NCBI GenBank assembly: GCA_002309765.1
Contig: DBXY01000062.1
Location: forward strand, 13,887 to 69,165
Reading direction: 5' to 3'
Length of the DNA stretch: 55,279 bases
From: Verrucomicrobia bacterium UBA1200
GTDB lineage: Bacteria; Verrucomicrobiota; Kiritimatiellia; RFP12; UBA1067
Part shown: positions 36,945 to 47,093 of the stretch, piece after piece
Numbering within the stretch: position 1 is the stretch's first letter
How the letters are laid out: the number at the start of each line of letters is the position of its first letter
Position numbers and translations under genes: made by a program
Notes under the pieces: model-generated
What the model was told of the DNA's origin: nothing
Databases searched by the model: none
Seen by the model: only the letters and a program-made list of their open reading frames with translations

Positions 36945-37123
36945 CGTGTCCTAACACGAGGTGCCGCAATCATGTGGCCGGGCGGGCTTCCGCTGCCGGA
37001 TTTTCACACCCGAAAAATCGATTGGGGAACCTCCGGTAATTTCGGTATTGAATTTTTGCCACGGTTTTGATATGCTATTGCTTTCTTTGGGGATAGTTTG
37101 TGCTTATCGGATAGGGACACAGT

Positions 37124-38107
37124 ATGAGCGGACAGAATCTTTCGGCAAAAATCGCAGGCACCGGGATGGCGGTTCCCGCGAAAGTTTGGGATAATTTTAA
37201 GTTGGCGACCATGGTGGAAACCAGCGACGAGTGGATTACCCAGCGAGTCGGCATCAAGGAACGCCGCATCGCCGAAGACAACGAGTACACCTCCGATTTT
37301 TCAACCAAGGCCGCGCTGCAGGCGCTTGAGCGGGCCAACATGACCGCCGACCAGCTGGATCTCATTCTGGTGGCGACCTCCACCCCGGACATGGTTTTGC
37401 CCAACACCGCCTGCTTCGTCCAGAAGAACATCGGCGCCGTCAACGCCGCCGCCCTGGACATCTGCAGCGCCTGCTCCGGATTCATTTACGGGTCGGCAAT
37501 CGCTTGGGGAATGATCAAGTCCGGCATAATGAAGAACATCCTGTTGATCGGCGTCGAGCTGAACAGCCGTATCCTCAACTGGAAAGACCGCGGCACCTGC
37601 ATCCTCTTCGGTGACGGCGCCGGTGCGGCGGTGTGGACGGCCTGCGACGCCTCGGAGGGCGGGATGCTCGGCGTCGTGATGGGCGCGGACGGCAATTACG
37701 CCGACCTGCTGACGCTGCCGAACAGCGGTTGCCGGAAATACCCGGAGTACGACGGCACCTACATCACCATGCACGGTAACGAGACCTTCAAACAGGCGGT
37801 GCGCACCATGAACGAATGCGCCCTCGAAGTGCTGGAGAAGGTCGGGCTGAAACCGGAAGACGTTGACCTGCTGATCCCGCACCAAGCGAACATCCGCATT
37901 ATCGAGGCGGTCCAGAAACGGCTGAACCTGCCGCCGGAAAAAGTTTTCGTGAATATCCAGAAATACGGCAACACCACCGCCGGCACCATACCGATCGCGC
38001 TGCACGAGGCGCTGGACCAGGGCCTCGTAAAGAAAGGCGACATCCTGCTGATGGACGCCTTTGGCGCCGGACTGACCTGGGGCGCGTTTGTGATGAAATG
38101 GGCATAA
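37124..38107 (+). CDS. fabH: 3-oxoacyl-ACP synthase III
   Basis: TSDEWITQRVGIKERR, ACSGF, LFGDGAGA, PHQAN, YGNT, FGAGLTWG. Confidence 0.96.
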   Translation: MSGQNLSAKIAGTGMAVPAKVWDNFKLATMVETSDEWITQRVGIKERRIAEDNEYTSDFSTKAALQALERANMTADQLDLILVATSTPDMVLPNTACFVQKNIGAVNAAALDICSACSGFIYGSAIAWGMIKSGIMKNILLIGVELNSRILNWKDRGTCILFGDGAGAAVWTACDASEGGMLGVVMGADGNYADLLTLPNSGCRKYPEYDGTYITMHGNETFKQAVRTMNECALEVLEKVGLKPEDVDLLIPHQANIRIIEAVQKRLNLPPEKVFVNIQKYGNTTAGTIPIALHEALDQGLVKKGDILLMDAFGAGLTWGAFVMKWA

Positions 38108-38148
38108 CGGTTGCGGCGGTTCCGTAATCCGGATTAGGAGAAAATACC

Positions 38149-38367
38149 ATGGAAGAGAAAATTAAAGCCAAACTCGAAGAACTGCGCGGAATGCTCCAAG
38201 CCGACGGCGGCGATTTGGAACTGGTTTCCATCGAGGACAAAGTGGTCACGCTCCAACTGCGCGGCGCCTGCGGCAACTGCCCCCACGCGACCATGACGCT
38301 GAAACAAGGCATCGAACGCATCCTCCGCGAAACGATCGACCCCGAAATCGTGGTTGAGCGCGCCTAA
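38149..38367 (+). CDS. NifU C-terminal/Nfu-type Fe-S carrier protein
   Basis: LQADGGD.ELV...GACGNCP...TLKQGIE. Confidence 0.92.
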   Translation: MEEKIKAKLEELRGMLQADGGDLELVSIEDKVVTLQLRGACGNCPHATMTLKQGIERILRETIDPEIVVERA

Positions 38368-38392
38368 TCGCGGCACTTTTGGAGACCTGCGC

Positions 38393-40009
38393 ATGAAATT
38401 GCCGATTCTGCCGTTTCTGGTTTTTGTCGCCGGTATCGCGGCGGCGGCGCCGTCGTTTAAGGCAGAAAAACCCTATCCGGCGATAGGCCTGAAATTCAAG
38501 ACCTTGAGCGGCGGCAATCCTGAACCGCTCAAACAGGCGCAAACGCACACTTACACCCGCACCGACAACCAAACCGGCGCCACCGACGAGCTAGAACTGT
38601 TCAGCGCCCGCGAACTGTGGTACGCCACGCAGCATCTCGGGCAGTGGCGCGACAAGGCGGGGAACCTGATGATCCTCGGGCGGGCCGACTACGCATTGCC
38701 AAAGGTACGCGCAACCGCCGGAACACACGTAAGCCGCGAAGATTTCGAGCAGGCGGCGGCGGATAACAAGCTGCGGATCGGGCAAGTCGATATCACCGAC
38801 AACCGGCTGCTTTCCTGGGTGGGGGATTTCGCCGACGCCAAGCCCGGCGAACCGGAAAAGATCCGTTGTCCCTTCCGGATTCGCGACGCCGCGTTCGTCC
38901 CCACCGACCATCCCCAGCAGGTGGCCTGCCTTTTCCGGATCAAATCGCAGCTTCCCGCCGCCGATGACTGGTACTGCCTGATTATCGAGATTGCCGACGG
39001 CACTTCGTCCGCCAAAGTGCGCAAGGACATCGAAACCCAGTTCCTCGCCACCATTTCCGCCATTCCGCGCTCATCCACTACAACCCGTGCCGACAACAAG
39101 GAGCTGAAGACCTTTACTCCCGGAGCGCGGACTCCGGAAAAGATCGCCGACCATCCCAGCCGCGACGCCGCTAAGAAAAGCATTGCCAACATGGCTGGCT
39201 GGTGGTACGCCGAAACCGCGGACTACATATTCCTCTCCGACGTTCGCAGTTCGCTCGGCAAAAATCTGGTTAAGACCTTCCAAACCATACTGCCCGACTA
39301 CCGCAAGGCGCTCAAAAAGCTGGTGCCCCCGTTTGTTGAGCAGACCGACGTGAACGTGGTGCGGATATTCGAGAACGAGGCCGACTACAAACGCCATGTC
39401 GGGCCTAAACACGAATTCAGCGACGGCATCTGGAATCCGGGGCTCCGCGAACTGGCAATCCTCTCCTGCGGCAACAAAAAAGCCGAAGAGACCATGGACA
39501 TCATGCGACACGAAGGGTTCCACCAGTACCTCTTTTACGCCGCCGATAAAATCATCGTCTCGACCTGGCTCAACGAGGGTTACGCCTGTTTCTGCGAAGG
39601 CGCGGTAATAAAGGGCGGACGGGTCTCGTTCCCGGAGACCGGACGGGTTGACCAGCTGTTGCGCGAACTGCCCGCCGCCACCGCGTTGATCCCCAAACTG
39701 ATAAAAACCAGCCACGAGGGGTTTTACGCCGGAAACGACCAGCAGATCAGCTTGAAATACGCCACCGCGTGGGGAATTGTGTACTTTCTGTGCAAGGGGG
39801 TCCCCTCCAACCGCAAATACGAAGCATACGCCACGATTTTGCCCGACTACTGGAAAACGCTAAAGGAAACCCGTGATTGCGAAAAGGCCAACGAGGCCGC
39901 GTTTGAGGGCGTGAGCATGGAGAAATTCCAAAAGGATTTCTCCGAATTCTGGCAAAAAGGCCGCAACGCCGCCCGCCGGATCGACCCGCTGGCGGCGAAC
40001 CAAAAATAA
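38393..40009 (+). CDS. Secreted putative zinc metallopeptidase (DUF1570-like)
   Basis: Signal peptide; HEGFHQY (HExxH) followed by WLNEGYA; YATAWGIVYFL. Confidence 0.7.
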   Translation: MKLPILPFLVFVAGIAAAAPSFKAEKPYPAIGLKFKTLSGGNPEPLKQAQTHTYTRTDNQTGATDELELFSARELWYATQHLGQWRDKAGNLMILGRADYALPKVRATAGTHVSREDFEQAAADNKLRIGQVDITDNRLLSWVGDFADAKPGEPEKIRCPFRIRDAAFVPTDHPQQVACLFRIKSQLPAADDWYCLIIEIADGTSSAKVRKDIETQFLATISAIPRSSTTTRADNKELKTFTPGARTPEKIADHPSRDAAKKSIANMAGWWYAETADYIFLSDVRSSLGKNLVKTFQTILPDYRKALKKLVPPFVEQTDVNVVRIFENEADYKRHVGPKHEFSDGIWNPGLRELAILSCGNKKAEETMDIMRHEGFHQYLFYAADKIIVSTWLNEGYACFCEGAVIKGGRVSFPETGRVDQLLRELPAATALIPKLIKTSHEGFYAGNDQQISLKYATAWGIVYFLCKGVPSNRKYEAYATILPDYWKTLKETRDCEKANEAAFEGVSMEKFQKDFSEFWQKGRNAARRIDPLAANQK

Positions 40010-40030
40010 TCCGTTCCCTAGGGAGGGAAT

Positions 40031-41182
40031 ATGAAAGAAAACTCCGCCGCGCCGGCAAAGCGGCAGATTGTCTGGCTGGACGTAGCCAGATTCTTGGCGA
40101 TGTTGTTTGTGTGCGTGTCGCACGCCGGCGACACGTTCAACTGCAACCCGCCCGCCGGGGAAGAGGCGCTGTACAATTTCTGGGGGGCGATCTGGGGGTC
40201 GCTCGCCCGCTTTTGCGTGCCGGTGTTCGCCATGATCACCGGGTATTTGCTGTTGCCGGTGCGGACTGGCCACGCCGAGTTCTACAAAAAGCGCATCGGG
40301 CGGGTGTTGCCGCCGTTCCTCTTCTGGTCGGTCATCTACTGCCTGTTGCCGGGAGTTATAGGACTGATCGGGGGCGACCTGAAAACCCTGAAAGTAATCA
40401 TCCCGTTCGCCGAAGAACAGCCATTGACTTTCGCCGCCTGTCTGCCGAACATCGCCAAGATCCTGTTCAACTTCAACTGGATCACCACCCACATGTGGTA
40501 CGTCTATATGCTGATCGGCCTCTATTTGATTCTGCCGGTGGTTTCCGCCTGGTACCGCACCGCGTCGGAGCGCGCCAAATGGGGGTTCGTCGGGCTGTGG
40601 GGCGTAACGCTCTTCATCCCCTACCTGCGCCACCTGCTCGGCGGGATGAACCTCTGGGGGGTGTGCGAATGGAACGACACCGGAATGTTCTACGGTTTCG
40701 CCGGTTTTACCGGCTACCTGCTGTTCGGTTCGCTGCTCGGACGCATGAAACCCTGGTCCTGGGGCAAGACCGCCGCCATCGCCGCGCCGCTTTTCACCGC
40801 CGGTTTTCTGACGGTGTTTTTCGGGTTCCGCCACTTCCAGCTCGCCAACCCCGAATACAACGCGGACTGGGAACTTTTCTGGTGGTACTGTTCGCCGCAG
40901 GTCGCGGCAATGTCCGCCGCCGTGTTTCTCTTTGCCAAGAAGTTCGACCGCCTGCCGCCCCGGCTGGCGGGATTTCTCGGGGAAGTCAACCGCTGCGGGT
41001 TTGGCGTGTACCTTTGCCACTACGCGCTAATCGGGCTTTGCAACCGGTTTTTGGTCCAGCCGCTGCGTCTGCCCGTGTGGTTGCAACTGCCGCTGATGGC
41101 CGCGCTGGCCTTTATCGCGGCGTTTTTCCTAATCCATTTCGTCCGGCGCATACCAGGTGTCGGGCGTAAAATCACAGGCTGA
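40031..41182 (+). CDS. Acyltransferase family 3 membrane protein
   Basis: WLDVARFLAM..VCVSH, VPVFAMITGYLL, HMWYVY, FGVYLCH. Confidence 0.92.
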   Translation: MKENSAAPAKRQIVWLDVARFLAMLFVCVSHAGDTFNCNPPAGEEALYNFWGAIWGSLARFCVPVFAMITGYLLLPVRTGHAEFYKKRIGRVLPPFLFWSVIYCLLPGVIGLIGGDLKTLKVIIPFAEEQPLTFAACLPNIAKILFNFNWITTHMWYVYMLIGLYLILPVVSAWYRTASERAKWGFVGLWGVTLFIPYLRHLLGGMNLWGVCEWNDTGMFYGFAGFTGYLLFGSLLGRMKPWSWGKTAAIAAPLFTAGFLTVFFGFRHFQLANPEYNADWELFWWYCSPQVAAMSAAVFLFAKKFDRLPPRLAGFLGEVNRCGFGVYLCHYALIGLCNRFLVQPLRLPVWLQLPLMAALAFIAAFFLIHFVRRIPGVGRKITG

Positions 41183-41191
41183 GGTACCGTA

Positions 41192-43525
41192 ATGTCCAAC
41201 ACCGCCTTTAACCGCGTTTTAATCCGAATCGCCGCGTTGGGTTTCGCCGCCGCCGCGTTGGCGGACCCGGAACCGCCCGCGCAGACGTTCGACCTTTCAG
41301 TAACCCCGTCCGGCGCCACCAACGCCGTCGCGCTGCCGTTCCAAATGCCGCTCGCCTTCCCCGGTGAAGCCAGCTGCACTCTGGCCGCGACCAACACCTC
41401 GTTTTGGCTGGACGCCGACTCGCTGCGGCTGGTTCTGGCGTGGCCGGAGGGCGCCCCGCGCTACTCTGGCGGGTTGGTGTGGCTAAAAGACCGCGACGAC
41501 ATCTGGCACCAGCAGGTTTTCGCCAAACATCTCTCCGCCGGCACCACCAACGTCATCGAAATCCCGTTCGGGGCAACGGCGGCGGGCTGGACCACGCCCG
41601 GCCATTCGCTGGCTTGGCACTACCGCGCCCGGCTGAACCCGCAGTCGATCGGCTTCCGGGTATTCGCGGACAACACCTTCACCGGCCGTTGCGAAGTGGT
41701 GTCCGCGACTTTAACCGTCAAGCCGCCGGCGGGGGCGCCGCAGATTATGCGCGCCAGAGCGCTGACCTCCGCGCCGCGGGTTCTGGAGAAATTTGAACTG
41801 CGGTTTGACCTTCCGGACCGTTACGCCAATCCCTTCGACCCCGAAACCATCGACGCCGGGGCAAAAATAATCACCCCGTCCGGCGTCACTAACACCATCA
41901 CCGCCTTCTACTATCAGCCTTACTACCGGCTGGAAGACGAACTCGGCGAACCGGTCGAACCCGCCGGACGACCGGAGTGGCGTATTCGCTACTGCCCGCG
42001 CGAGCCTGGGGAATACCGCGTGTCGCTCTTTGCCAAAGACCGCTGGGGGGAAGCGGCGGCGGAATCGGCCGCCACCTTCTCCGCCGCCCCGGCGGGGACC
42101 GACCCGATGCGATTTGTACGGGTCTCGGCAAAAGACCGCCGTTTCTTCGAGTTCGACAACGGCGACCTCTACTACCCGATCGGCCACAACACCCGGTCCG
42201 CCAACGACGCCCGTATGAACGACAAATTCCCGTGGATCTTCCGAAAGGAAGAGAGCACCGCCGTTTATCGCCGCTACTTCCAGCAAATGCAGGCGTCGGG
42301 TGAAAACTGGGCGGAGGTGTGGATGAGCGCTTGGTCGCTGGGCCTGGAATGGACAGAGGGCATTGGCGGCTACCACGGCGCCGGCGACTACCACTCCGGC
42401 AACGCCTGGGAGCTGGACCGGGTGCTGGAGTTGGCCGAAAAACACCGCATCCACATCAATCTGGTGTTGAACTACCATGGGCGTATGAGCAGCTGGTGCG
42501 ACCCGGAATGGCATCTCCACCCGTACAACAAGCTGACCCCCGGCGGATGGCTGGAAATGCCGCTGCAATTCTTTGACGACCCCAAGGCCGTGGCGATGCA
42601 AAAGCGTTTTATCCGCTACACCCAGGCCCGCTGGGGATGGTCCCCGGCCATATTCGGCTACGAGCTGTGCAGCGAGATTAACCTTACCGGGCACGAATCG
42701 CACCACCGCACCAACTTCGATCCCCGCGTGGTTAACTGGTGCAAGGTGATGAGCGAATACTTTGAGGAAATCGACCCCTACCAGCACCTTGTATCGGCGC
42801 ATGTCTCCAACGACTACAACTACATCTGCCCGGAACACGCCAAACTGCCGACACTCGACTTCAACCCGCTCGACGCCTACCACCACACCCTGCCGGAACG
42901 CATCATCGCGCTGGCCGCCGAAACCGCCAACTTCGGATTGCAGTTCGACAAGCCGATACTGATCACCGAGTTTGGCGGTTCCCCGATGGCGGCGGGCAAG
43001 GAACACTTGAAAATCGAGCTGCACGCCGCGCTTTGGACCGGGGTGTGCGTACCGCTCGCCGGAACCCCGATGTTCTGGTGGTGGCGGGTGGTGGAGGAGA
43101 ACAACCTTTACCCGTACTACGCCGCCGTCGCCAAATTTATGGAGGGGGAGGATCCCCGCGACCCCGCCGCGAAAATGGTCAGACCCGCCATCGGCGCGGT
43201 GGAAGGGAAAACCGCCCCGCAGGCCGCCAACTACCTTTGCATCGGTACGGTGTCGCCGCGCTCCGCCCGCTGTTACGTCTATCCCAAATCCTTCCCGCGC
43301 CCGCCGGCGAAACCGATCTCCGCGGAATTCCTGACCGCCACCATCAAGGGTTTAGAGCCGGGCACCTACAGGGCGGAGTTTTTCGACACCCGCACCGGAA
43401 AATCCACCGCTAAGCGCGACACCCGAACGGAAAACGGAACGCTGGTGCTGTCGGTTCCTAAATTCAGTAACGACTGCGCCTTCAAATTGCACCAAGTCAC
43501 CGCCATTGCCCCCAAAGCTAACTAA
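41192..43525 (+). CDS. Secreted DUF5060-like + GH5-like TIM-barrel glycoside hydrolase
   Basis: Signal peptide; YANPFDP, WRIRYCP, YELCSEI (acid/base-like), KPILITEFG (nucleophile-like). Confidence 0.65.
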   Translation: MSNTAFNRVLIRIAALGFAAAALADPEPPAQTFDLSVTPSGATNAVALPFQMPLAFPGEASCTLAATNTSFWLDADSLRLVLAWPEGAPRYSGGLVWLKDRDDIWHQQVFAKHLSAGTTNVIEIPFGATAAGWTTPGHSLAWHYRARLNPQSIGFRVFADNTFTGRCEVVSATLTVKPPAGAPQIMRARALTSAPRVLEKFELRFDLPDRYANPFDPETIDAGAKIITPSGVTNTITAFYYQPYYRLEDELGEPVEPAGRPEWRIRYCPREPGEYRVSLFAKDRWGEAAAESAATFSAAPAGTDPMRFVRVSAKDRRFFEFDNGDLYYPIGHNTRSANDARMNDKFPWIFRKEESTAVYRRYFQQMQASGENWAEVWMSAWSLGLEWTEGIGGYHGAGDYHSGNAWELDRVLELAEKHRIHINLVLNYHGRMSSWCDPEWHLHPYNKLTPGGWLEMPLQFFDDPKAVAMQKRFIRYTQARWGWSPAIFGYELCSEINLTGHESHHRTNFDPRVVNWCKVMSEYFEEIDPYQHLVSAHVSNDYNYICPEHAKLPTLDFNPLDAYHHTLPERIIALAAETANFGLQFDKPILITEFGGSPMAAGKEHLKIELHAALWTGVCVPLAGTPMFWWWRVVEENNLYPYYAAVAKFMEGEDPRDPAAKMVRPAIGAVEGKTAPQAANYLCIGTVSPRSARCYVYPKSFPRPPAKPISAEFLTATIKGLEPGTYRAEFFDTRTGKSTAKRDTRTENGTLVLSVPKFSNDCAFKLHQVTAIAPKAN

Positions 43526-43528
43526 GCC

Positions 43529-44503
43529 ATGACAACACGCCTAACCACCTTCGCCGCGTTATTGCTGCTGGCCGCCGGAGCGGCCGCGCAGTCGATCAGC
43601 GGCATTGGGGGAATGAGCGTATCCGACGACCGGGTTCGCCGCCACTCCGTGCCCGACCCGGTTGCCGCCAGCGGGGAACTGCGGATGCGGAGTCTGCAAA
43701 TTACCGTATCGCCGCCGAAAATGTACCTCAACGTGGGTACCGACCGGCGGTTTGGCCCCTACGCGCTTTCGGACGGCACGGAGATCGGCGTCGCCCAGCC
43801 GCCGTACAAACTCACCGCCGTGCGGAACGGCAGTTTTTCCGTGCTGGGGCCGGATCAGACGGTTTACGGCCCGTTCAGCAGCGCCGACGGCACCGCGATA
43901 ACGATTGGCCGCCAGAGCGCCGTCGTGCTGCGGCCGACCGTTGACCTCGCGGTGCGGTTGGAATGGAACGGCATGAAACGGCAGAAACCGGTCATCGGCA
44001 TAGCAGTCGCCAACCAGCCGCTTTATCAGGCGCTTTACGAACTTCGGGACCACTTCGCGACGGTGATAAACCGCGTAAATTACGAAACCGCCGACCGGGA
44101 GATACAAGGCATGCCGCGCCGCATCCACTACCCCAACGGACGCAACAACGCCGGGAACGTCGTGTCGGTTTCCAAGCGCGACAAGGAAAACTCCGAATGG
44201 CAAGCCGAGCGCAGTTGCATCAACGCGGTGGAAAGGCTTTTTAACCAACGTTTCCATATCAAGTCCTACGCACTAACCGACCGTTTCACCAGCCACTTCC
44301 GGATGCCGGCGGGACGGTATCTGCTTTGCGCCATGCAGCGTTACAGCGACCCCAAGCAATCGTCCACCTTTGCCGGATCAAAAACCGCCATCTGGTGGAC
44401 GGAATTCACTTTCGACGGACAAAGCGGCCTCAGCCTGGATTTGACGCCTGAAAACGCCATCAGCTGGAGAGAAATTTTCCCGTTCCAAACGATCAGCGAG
44501 TAA
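43529..44503 (+). CDS. Secreted hypothetical protein
   Basis: Signal peptide; short internal duplication FGPYALSDGT/YGPFSSADGT; starts 3 nt after upstream stop. Confidence 0.75.
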   Translation: MTTRLTTFAALLLLAAGAAAQSISGIGGMSVSDDRVRRHSVPDPVAASGELRMRSLQITVSPPKMYLNVGTDRRFGPYALSDGTEIGVAQPPYKLTAVRNGSFSVLGPDQTVYGPFSSADGTAITIGRQSAVVLRPTVDLAVRLEWNGMKRQKPVIGIAVANQPLYQALYELRDHFATVINRVNYETADREIQGMPRRIHYPNGRNNAGNVVSVSKRDKENSEWQAERSCINAVERLFNQRFHIKSYALTDRFTSHFRMPAGRYLLCAMQRYSDPKQSSTFAGSKTAIWWTEFTFDGQSGLSLDLTPENAISWREIFPFQTISE

Positions 44504-44620
44504 CCGCGCCCAGATTGACTATTGCCCCGGAGCAGGAGGAGAACCCGGACACTTTATTGGTGCCTGTTGTCTGTGCGCCGTTACAACGGACAGCGACAGT
44601 AAAAATGACTGTTTAACGGT

Positions 44621-44649
44621 TTGACTTTTGTCCCTAAAAATGCTATATT
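44621..44649 (+). promoter_or_regulatory. Sigma70-like promoter of citrate synthase
   Basis: TTGACT-N17-TATATT with extended TG. Confidence 0.65.
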
Positions 44650-44724
44650 ATTTTAATTCCATTCGTGGGGTTCAGACCTTGTTTTTGCCGAGGCTGGACC
44701 CCGAATGGAGTTAGGAGGTTTCTA

Positions 44725-46101
44725 ATGTTGATGACGCAATCCGCGAGTCCGCAAATTGATGCGGAGTTGCTAAAAGGTTACGCGGATAAAATCCGGGTTA
44801 CCGGCAAGATCGCCCCCGAACTCTACCAAAAGTACGATGTCCGGAGGGGCCTACGCAACCCGAACGGTTCTGGTGTGCTGGTCGGACTGACCAATATCGG
44901 TTCTGTCCACGGTTATGTGACATCCGAGAGCGAAAAGGTCTCGGTGCCGGGCCAGCTTTTCTACCGCGGCATCAACGTGGCGGATTTCGTTAAAGGCTTC
45001 CAGAGCGAACACCGGTTCGGCTTCGAAGAGTGCGCGTATCTGTTGCTGATGGGCGAGCTGCCCAAACGCGAGGAACTGGTGGTGTGGAAATCCGAGCTGG
45101 GCGCACTGCACCGGCTGCCGGACGGTTTTAAAGAAACCGCGATTATCCGTTCGCCGGGCGTGGACATTATGAACAGCATCGCCCGCGCGGTGCTGACGGC
45201 CTATATCTTCGACCCCGCGCCGGACCGGCTCGACCTGGAAACCACGCTGCGCCAGAGCATTGAGCTGATCGCGCAGTTCCCGACCATCGCCGCCTACGCC
45301 TATCAGGCCAAGGCGCACTACCACCTGGGACAGTCGATGGTCCTGCGCTATCCCGACCCTGAACTTTCCACCGCCGAGAATTTCCTGCGACTGATCCGAG
45401 CCGACGGCTATTACTCCCGGTTCGAGGCGGAAGTGCTGGATCTGTGTCTGGTGCTCCACGCCGAACACGGCGGCGGTACCAACTCGACCTTCACCACCCA
45501 CGTGATGTCATCCGCGTTCACCGACACTTACGCCGCCGTCGCGGCAGCGGTGCTCTCGCTCAAGGGACTGCGCCACGGCGGCGCCAACCTGCGGGTGATG
45601 AAGCAGATGTCCGAGGCGAAGAAGAAGATCAAACACTGGGACAACGAGGGTGAGGTGGCGGACCATCTTTGGAACATTCTCAAGCGCGAGGCGGGCGACG
45701 GTACCGGGTTGATTTACGGCTTGGGCCACGCGGTTTACACCCTCTCCGATCCCCGCGCCGAGATGCTGCGCGACTGCGCCCGCGCGCTGGCCAAGTCAAA
45801 AGGCCGCGAAGAAGAGATGGGGCTGTACGAAACCATCGAGCGGTTGGGGCCGGAAATCTTCAACCAGTTCCGGGGCGGCAAACACGACCTGTGCTGCAAC
45901 GTCGATTTCTATTCCGGGTTTGTTTACGATATGCTGAACATCCCCAACGACCTCTTCACCCCGATCTTCGCGGTGGCCCGTGTGGTGGGCTGGTGCGCCC
46001 ACCGGTTGGAAGAGCTGATCAACGGCGGCCCTATCATCCGCCCCGCCTACAAGGCGTTGACCCAGCCCAGAAAGTATGTGCCGCAGGCCGAACGCGGCTA
46101 A
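44725..46101 (+). CDS. gltA: Citrate synthase
   Basis: LFYRG, LHAEHGGG.NSTF, HGGAN, GLGHAVY..SDPR, NVDFYSG; AGGAGG RBS before ATG 44725. Confidence 0.94.
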   Translation: MLMTQSASPQIDAELLKGYADKIRVTGKIAPELYQKYDVRRGLRNPNGSGVLVGLTNIGSVHGYVTSESEKVSVPGQLFYRGINVADFVKGFQSEHRFGFEECAYLLLMGELPKREELVVWKSELGALHRLPDGFKETAIIRSPGVDIMNSIARAVLTAYIFDPAPDRLDLETTLRQSIELIAQFPTIAAYAYQAKAHYHLGQSMVLRYPDPELSTAENFLRLIRADGYYSRFEAEVLDLCLVLHAEHGGGTNSTFTTHVMSSAFTDTYAAVAAAVLSLKGLRHGGANLRVMKQMSEAKKKIKHWDNEGEVADHLWNILKREAGDGTGLIYGLGHAVYTLSDPRAEMLRDCARALAKSKGREEEMGLYETIERLGPEIFNQFRGGKHDLCCNVDFYSGFVYDMLNIPNDLFTPIFAVARVVGWCAHRLEELINGGPIIRPAYKALTQPRKYVPQAERG

Positions 46102-46137
46102 TGAGTTTGGCGTTTTTTACAAGAAAGGATCACAACA

Positions 46138-47055
46138 ATGTTGGCAGAATTGATTGGCATGATGGCTCCGGAAGCGGCGGACACCGCCGCCAAAGTGGCG
46201 GAACAGACTACGGCGGCAGTCGAAAGCAATGTCGCGGAAACCAAGACGATACTGGACACCGCCACGCAATGGCTGACCCAGAACGGGATGGCGTTCGCAA
46301 TCAACGTCTTATGGGCGCTGATTATCCTGCTGGTCGGCTGGATCGTGATCAAGGTGCTTTGCGCCACGCTGCGTAAAACTCTGGACAAAACCCCAAAAAT
46401 CAACCCGCTGCTCAAGGAGTTCTTCATCAGCATCGCGAGAAAATCCTGCTGGGTGCTGCTGCTGATGCTGGCGCTGCGGAGGCTTGGTATCGACATCGCC
46501 CCGCTGATCGCCGGACTCGGCGTCACCGGATTCATTCTGGGTTTCGCGTTCCAGGAATCACTGGGCAACCTGGCCTCGGGCGTGATGATCGCCATCAACC
46601 AGCCCTTCAACGTGGGGGACTACGTTAACATCGGCGGTAACGAGGGATCGGTGCTGGAGCTTAACATGATGGCGGTGACCATCGCCACCGCGGACAACAA
46701 AAAGGTCGTGGTGCCGAACAAGGTCGCCTGGGGCGCCCCGATCACCAACTTCGCCGCGCTCGGCACCCGCCGCGTCGAAGTGACCATCAGCATCGCCTAC
46801 GGCGAGGACATCGGAAAAGCCCGCGAGGTGATTCTGGCCGCGGTCAAGGCCAACCCGCTGGTGCTGAAGGACCCCGCCCCGATCGCCGAAGTGGTGGCGT
46901 TCAAGGACAGCGCCGTGGGCTTCGTGGTGCGCCCGTGGTCGAAGTCGTCCGATTACTGGTCGGTGTATTTCCAGATTGGCCAGCAGGTCAAAGAGGCGCT
47001 GGACAAGGCCGGGATCAAGATTCCGCTGCCGCAGCTTGAAGTGCGCAACGTTTAA
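46138..47055 (+). CDS. mscS: Small-conductance mechanosensitive channel
   Basis: GFAFQESLGNLASG, PFNVGD, DNKKVVVPN, IAYGED, AGIKIPLPQ. Confidence 0.93.
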   Translation: MLAELIGMMAPEAADTAAKVAEQTTAAVESNVAETKTILDTATQWLTQNGMAFAINVLWALIILLVGWIVIKVLCATLRKTLDKTPKINPLLKEFFISIARKSCWVLLLMLALRRLGIDIAPLIAGLGVTGFILGFAFQESLGNLASGVMIAINQPFNVGDYVNIGGNEGSVLELNMMAVTIATADNKKVVVPNKVAWGAPITNFAALGTRRVEVTISIAYGEDIGKAREVILAAVKANPLVLKDPAPIAEVVAFKDSAVGFVVRPWSKSSDYWSVYFQIGQQVKEALDKAGIKIPLPQLEVRNV

Positions 47056-47093
47056 CGGGCTTCCGCGTCGGCCTGACCGGATTGGAGAAAAGC

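Noticed and set aside
28260-36960. Complete DGR, prophage or integrative element
   Set aside because: No reverse transcriptase, Avd, integrase, transposase, phage gene or flanking tRNA recognised in the window.
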